This document shows, one piece after another, positions 60,235 through 64,000 of a stretch of 64,000 nucleotides of DNA; position 1 is the first letter of the stretch, and the number at the start of each line of letters is the position of its first letter. Below the pieces are notes generated by a model. That model worked only from the letters and a program-made list of their open reading frames with translations, was not told the DNA's origin and made no database searches. The position numbers and the translations under genes are program-made. Source of the stretch: Lytechinus pictus (lineage: Eukaryota). The stretch lies in contig NC_087257.1 of the NCBI RefSeq assembly GCF_037042905.1, positions 24,056,001 to 24,120,000 of the forward strand. Reading direction: 5' to 3'.

Positions 60235-61193
60235 CTTGCAGATAAAAGTTAACTTGTGCAGGTCTTACATCAACGTCTTAGCCTTCATATATGAACTTCT
60301 GCACTTTAATATGACAAAGTCTTAGAATCTTGAGTATTCCTGAGGATCATGTACTTGAGATTGTTGCAACTCAGCTAACCTTGTACTACTTGCAGCATCA
60401 TGATCTGTGGTATTCCTTCTTGACTTGTATCATGAACTTCTCTATTGATTTTCCAAAGTTTATTCAAGCCCGAGTTTCAGATCCACTGTTAACTCTCTAG
60501 TGTGTTTTAATTTTCTCCTTCTACTTTATTCTATTCCTGTTGTTGTGTAGGCTGATTGTTAATTAGTCCTGGCCTCATTAGATCTCTGTCTTAATCTCGG
60601 ACATCTAGCTCAGAGATCTACCTCAAAATTGATCTGTTTTTCCAGCACCTTACAACTACGAATTACGGCCCTGGCCTTCATTTTATTCAGATCTTTTCCA
60701 AGACTAAAAACATCCTTTTCACTGCCTTGTTCATCTTCAGGAATGTGCTTCTCATTTTGATTACTTCATTTCACTAGGATGCTCAACTTCATCTACGTTC
60801 CCGTTTATAATATAAAATCTAGCTTAGATTCCATATTGAAACTCTAGGGTTGACTGCATTCATCTCATTAGCAAAACCAGTTTTATTTCACCACCATGTC
60901 ATGACTGGTAATTTTCATTTCCTTTTGTCTCAACTTTGTTCATCTAGTCTAATTCAAGTCTCAAGAAGCAGGCTATGCACGTATTCCAATACAGAACGAA
61001 ATAGTCTATGTTCTATACGCTTCCCTTTATAGTTATAGCGTCATCAATCACGATTGTTTACTCACATACGGTACTCAGCTAGTGTCCTTCTTAACTGGGT
61101 GAAGAATCCTCCATCCTTGTTTGATTACTGAGCTCAGAACAAATCCATGTTTACTACAGTCCAATGTTGAAGCGAGACCGATTTTTCAACTGA

Positions 61194-61626
61194 TGTAGGT
61201 GCACTTTAATCCCGGACTTTTATGCTTCGTATTAGACACTTTCACACGCTTCCGTTCGTACCCTCCTCCGTTGTCCCAATCCTTTTGCGATCATCAAATC
61301 ATCATCACAAACGTCCCGTGGCACAACAAACATCAAAACTTCAAAGATGAAACCTCACTAAGTAAATTTAGTTCGATGGTCTATAATTCTAGTCATTCTG
61401 CAGGGTTCCGTTACACATTCATCGATCCAAAAATACACAGAATCAATCAATTAAAGTATTGAAAGGGAATCAAATTCGGAAGGTTGAAAAATCGTATGCC
61501 TTCGCCGGGTCCCATATTGTACACGTTTTCTATAACAAAATACTGCCCCAGCCCCTCGATCGTCAATTTTAAGCCTTTACCAAGTTTGAACAAGAGATGG
61601 CGCTATTTCACTTCTTGGCAGTAACA
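61194..61626 (-). repeat. 5' LTR of C
   Basis: Direct repeat of 51675-52107. Confidence 0.97.
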
Positions 61627-61631
61627 CTTAT

Positions 61632-62470
61632 AAATCAACATAAATATATATCATTGTCCTTATTTATATAATGCGAGCGCGAAGCGCAAGCAAATTTTTT
61701 TGGAAAATTTATGTATTTTTTTCCTAAAATTTTAACATTCTGGGCAATGTTTGTTATCCTGAAAAAGATGTATATACAACTGAATATTTACTACGACCGC
61801 GAAGTGCGAGCAGAGGTTAACTGATGGAAAAGGTACCTGTTAAAGACTGCTTGCAATTAGCCATGAAGACGTTACATATTTCAACAATCAAATAATGCGA
61901 GCGCGAAGCGCGAGCTGAAATTTTTACCTAAAGACTGGAAATTCTAAGCACTTTTTGTAACTTAAACATATAATAGGTATATAACTAAACAATTGATGCG
62001 AACGCGAAGCATGAGCGGAAGGTTTTGAGATTTAGACCTAAGAACGAGACACTCTGTTCATGTTTTGTAAATCATGAAAAGGATGAGTAATTGGGGTCTT
62101 TCTTACACCCGGTCCTTACATTAATAAAGCGAGTGCAAAATGCAGCCAGAAAATGTTCATATACGTTTAATTTGAATTGATCGAAAGGGTACTTGTTAAG
62201 GACTGCTTGCACTTAGCCATGAAGACGTGACATATTTCAACAATCAATGCTAGCGCGAATCGCGAGCTGAAAATTTTTGACATTTTTTCAAAAAGAATCG
62301 AAAATTTTAATCAATTTTTGTAATCGTGAACAGGGTAGCTATATAACTAAACAATTGACGTAAGCGAAGCTTGAGCAGAAAAATTCGAGATTTAGACCTA
62401 AAAACGGGACACTCTACTCATGTTTTGTAAATCATGAAAAGGATGAGTAATAGGGGATCTTTCTACATTA
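61632..62470. repeat. Remainder of the CAGGGGC-type repeat (starts about 51525) that C interrupts; contains a diverged tandem duplication of about 360 bp
   Basis: Flanks of C join to match the uninterrupted relative at about 19851-20040; recurrent GCGAGCGCGAAGCGCGAGC motif; about 61830-62105 resembles about 62187-62467. Confidence 0.7.
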
Positions 62471-64000
62471 AAGGTATAGTGTATGATTGGTTCATATCAG
62501 ACAAGGGCAGTGAATCAATTGTGAATATATTTTTTTCATTAAATATCTATGTCAATGCTCTACTTTAGCACTCAACAGAAATTGGTATAACTCTTCTGTT
62601 TTGGTGATATTGAGGGGTGAAATATATATTATAGGGATCGGTTAACCTATTCAATTTGTTTCCGCCCTCTCGAGTTAGAAAATAAATTGATATTAGAACG
62701 CCGTTTGATTCATGCATATTCATTATAACATCGTGGATATTCATAAATACGTCATGGCGCATGCGCATTATCGACGAATGCTAAACGCGTAGCGAGAGCA
62801 GGGTGGAAGTCATGCACCGGACGCTGCATGCACAATGCGCCGATTGTTAGGCGGCCACTGGCTGCTGATACTGAAGTCCACCTCCTGGACTGCCGAACAC
62901 ACAACACACTACATCCCCATAACATGCATACACACACCCCTGAATAGCCGGGGAAAGTAAATCAATGGGTAAAGTGAATCACTGTGTTAGTTGAATCACT
63001 GGGGGTAAGTGAATCAGTGGAGGGCGTGTGTGTATTCGTTGTGTGTGCGGGCGGGGGTACGGTCCGATAGGGTTTGCCCCTTTGGTTTGTCCAATCAATA
63101 AAAATCGTCCTGCAGCACATACACACTGTATATATACCAAAGACATACGAGCATGCCCTACATGAAACTTCGGACACGTTGATGAGCGGACGTGAATGAC
63201 TACGCAATACGGCTTACTGTAGGGATTGTATGTCATGAATCTGAATGTACTCCAAAGACTAAAAGAGATACGAGGAATCCCGGAGAAGGCAAGGGCCGAG
63301 TTTGATTTTTTTTAATGTCGGATCGTAGCTCTTTATGCACCCTTTCAGTTCCCTCCACATAGCTTGGCGTACTAGGTACGGGAAATCGGTCTCAGAGCGA
63401 GGCGATAGCTTACTATACTGACTCCATGGCCCTCCCCAAAGGGAAGAGGGAGGGAGGAGAGAGAAGAAAGAAAGAAGTGGATCGGTGAAGGAGAATAGGG
63501 AGAACGATCAAAAAAAGAATGTGAACACAACATACCCTAATTTTTTGTATATTTTTAAATCGTTGATCTTTCCTAAAATCATGATATCATATATTCTATA
63601 GCGTTTCAGTCAGTTTCAGATTATTTGGCTCCACACACCAATTACAGAGGAAAAGTTTGATAAAAAGCTAAAACAAAAGTAGTTTAAAACTCTAAATAGA
63701 CGACCACCCCCATTCTGTCTAGGGCCGAGTATGAAGAAAGGGAAGGGCGAAGAGAAAAACAATTTTCAGGGCGGGAAACAGAATAATAAAACATAAAAGG
63801 AAGATAAATCAAGTTGATAGGACAATGAGGACACACATTATTGACATGAAAGTAGGTGCAATGCAACACAACTTGATTATTATTCGTTTGTTTAGACTGA
63901 ACTTGCGAGGTCAAAAGGTGAGCGGAGAAACCCGTTGATGCAAAGTATGTACGTAGCGTAGTCTACATCATGTAGACCTTTGTAGTGTGTGTATGCGACC

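Larger units (their letters stand above)
51675..61626 (-). mobile_element. BEL/Pao LTR retrotransposon C, full length (9952 bp)
   Basis: 433-bp TG...CA LTRs with no differences seen, 5-bp TSD CTTAT (51670-51674, 61627-61631), PPT AAGGGGCCGGAAA, intact gag-pol. Confidence 0.97.

Noticed and set aside
62468-64000. Possible upstream NXPE exons or a new gene in the GC-richer end of the window
   Set aside because: No NXPE-like translation was found. It begins TTAAAGG like the Kolobok-type repeats, but the other terminus is not visible, so it is left uncalled.

Overview
Eukaryotic, AT-rich genomic DNA from a marine invertebrate. The repeat families suggest a sea urchin, but that is inference only. 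The window holds two minus-strand host genes: a complete 10-exon PDIA4/ERp72 (18566->2476, 640 aa, signal peptide, three WCGHC sites, C-terminal RDEL) and the last three coding exons of an NXPE-family gene (49832->44234). Between and within them are three LTR retroelements. A is an intact BEL/Pao element (24669-39968, 1141-bp LTRs, GGAAA TSD) inserted in a Harbinger-like MITE. B is a pol-less, gag-only Ty3/Gypsy-like element (32129-39633, GTTA TSD) inserted in A's 5' LTR. C is an intact BEL/Pao element (51675-61626, 433-bp LTRs, CTTAT TSD) that probably lies in an NXPE intron. There are also many non-autonomous DNA transposons (MULE-, P-, Kolobok-, Tc1-, hAT- and Harbinger-like) and tRNA-derived SINE fragments. 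The most notable observation is that both BEL/Pao elements lack a tRNA-type (TGG) primer-binding site and instead carry, at that position, a 10-12 nt perfect complement of a segment in their own LTR, which suggests Tf1-like self-primed reverse transcription. Also notable: B has discordant LTRs although it must be younger than its identical-LTR host, and B and C contain triplicated RNA hairpins supported by covariation or wobble pairs. All comparisons were made by eye.
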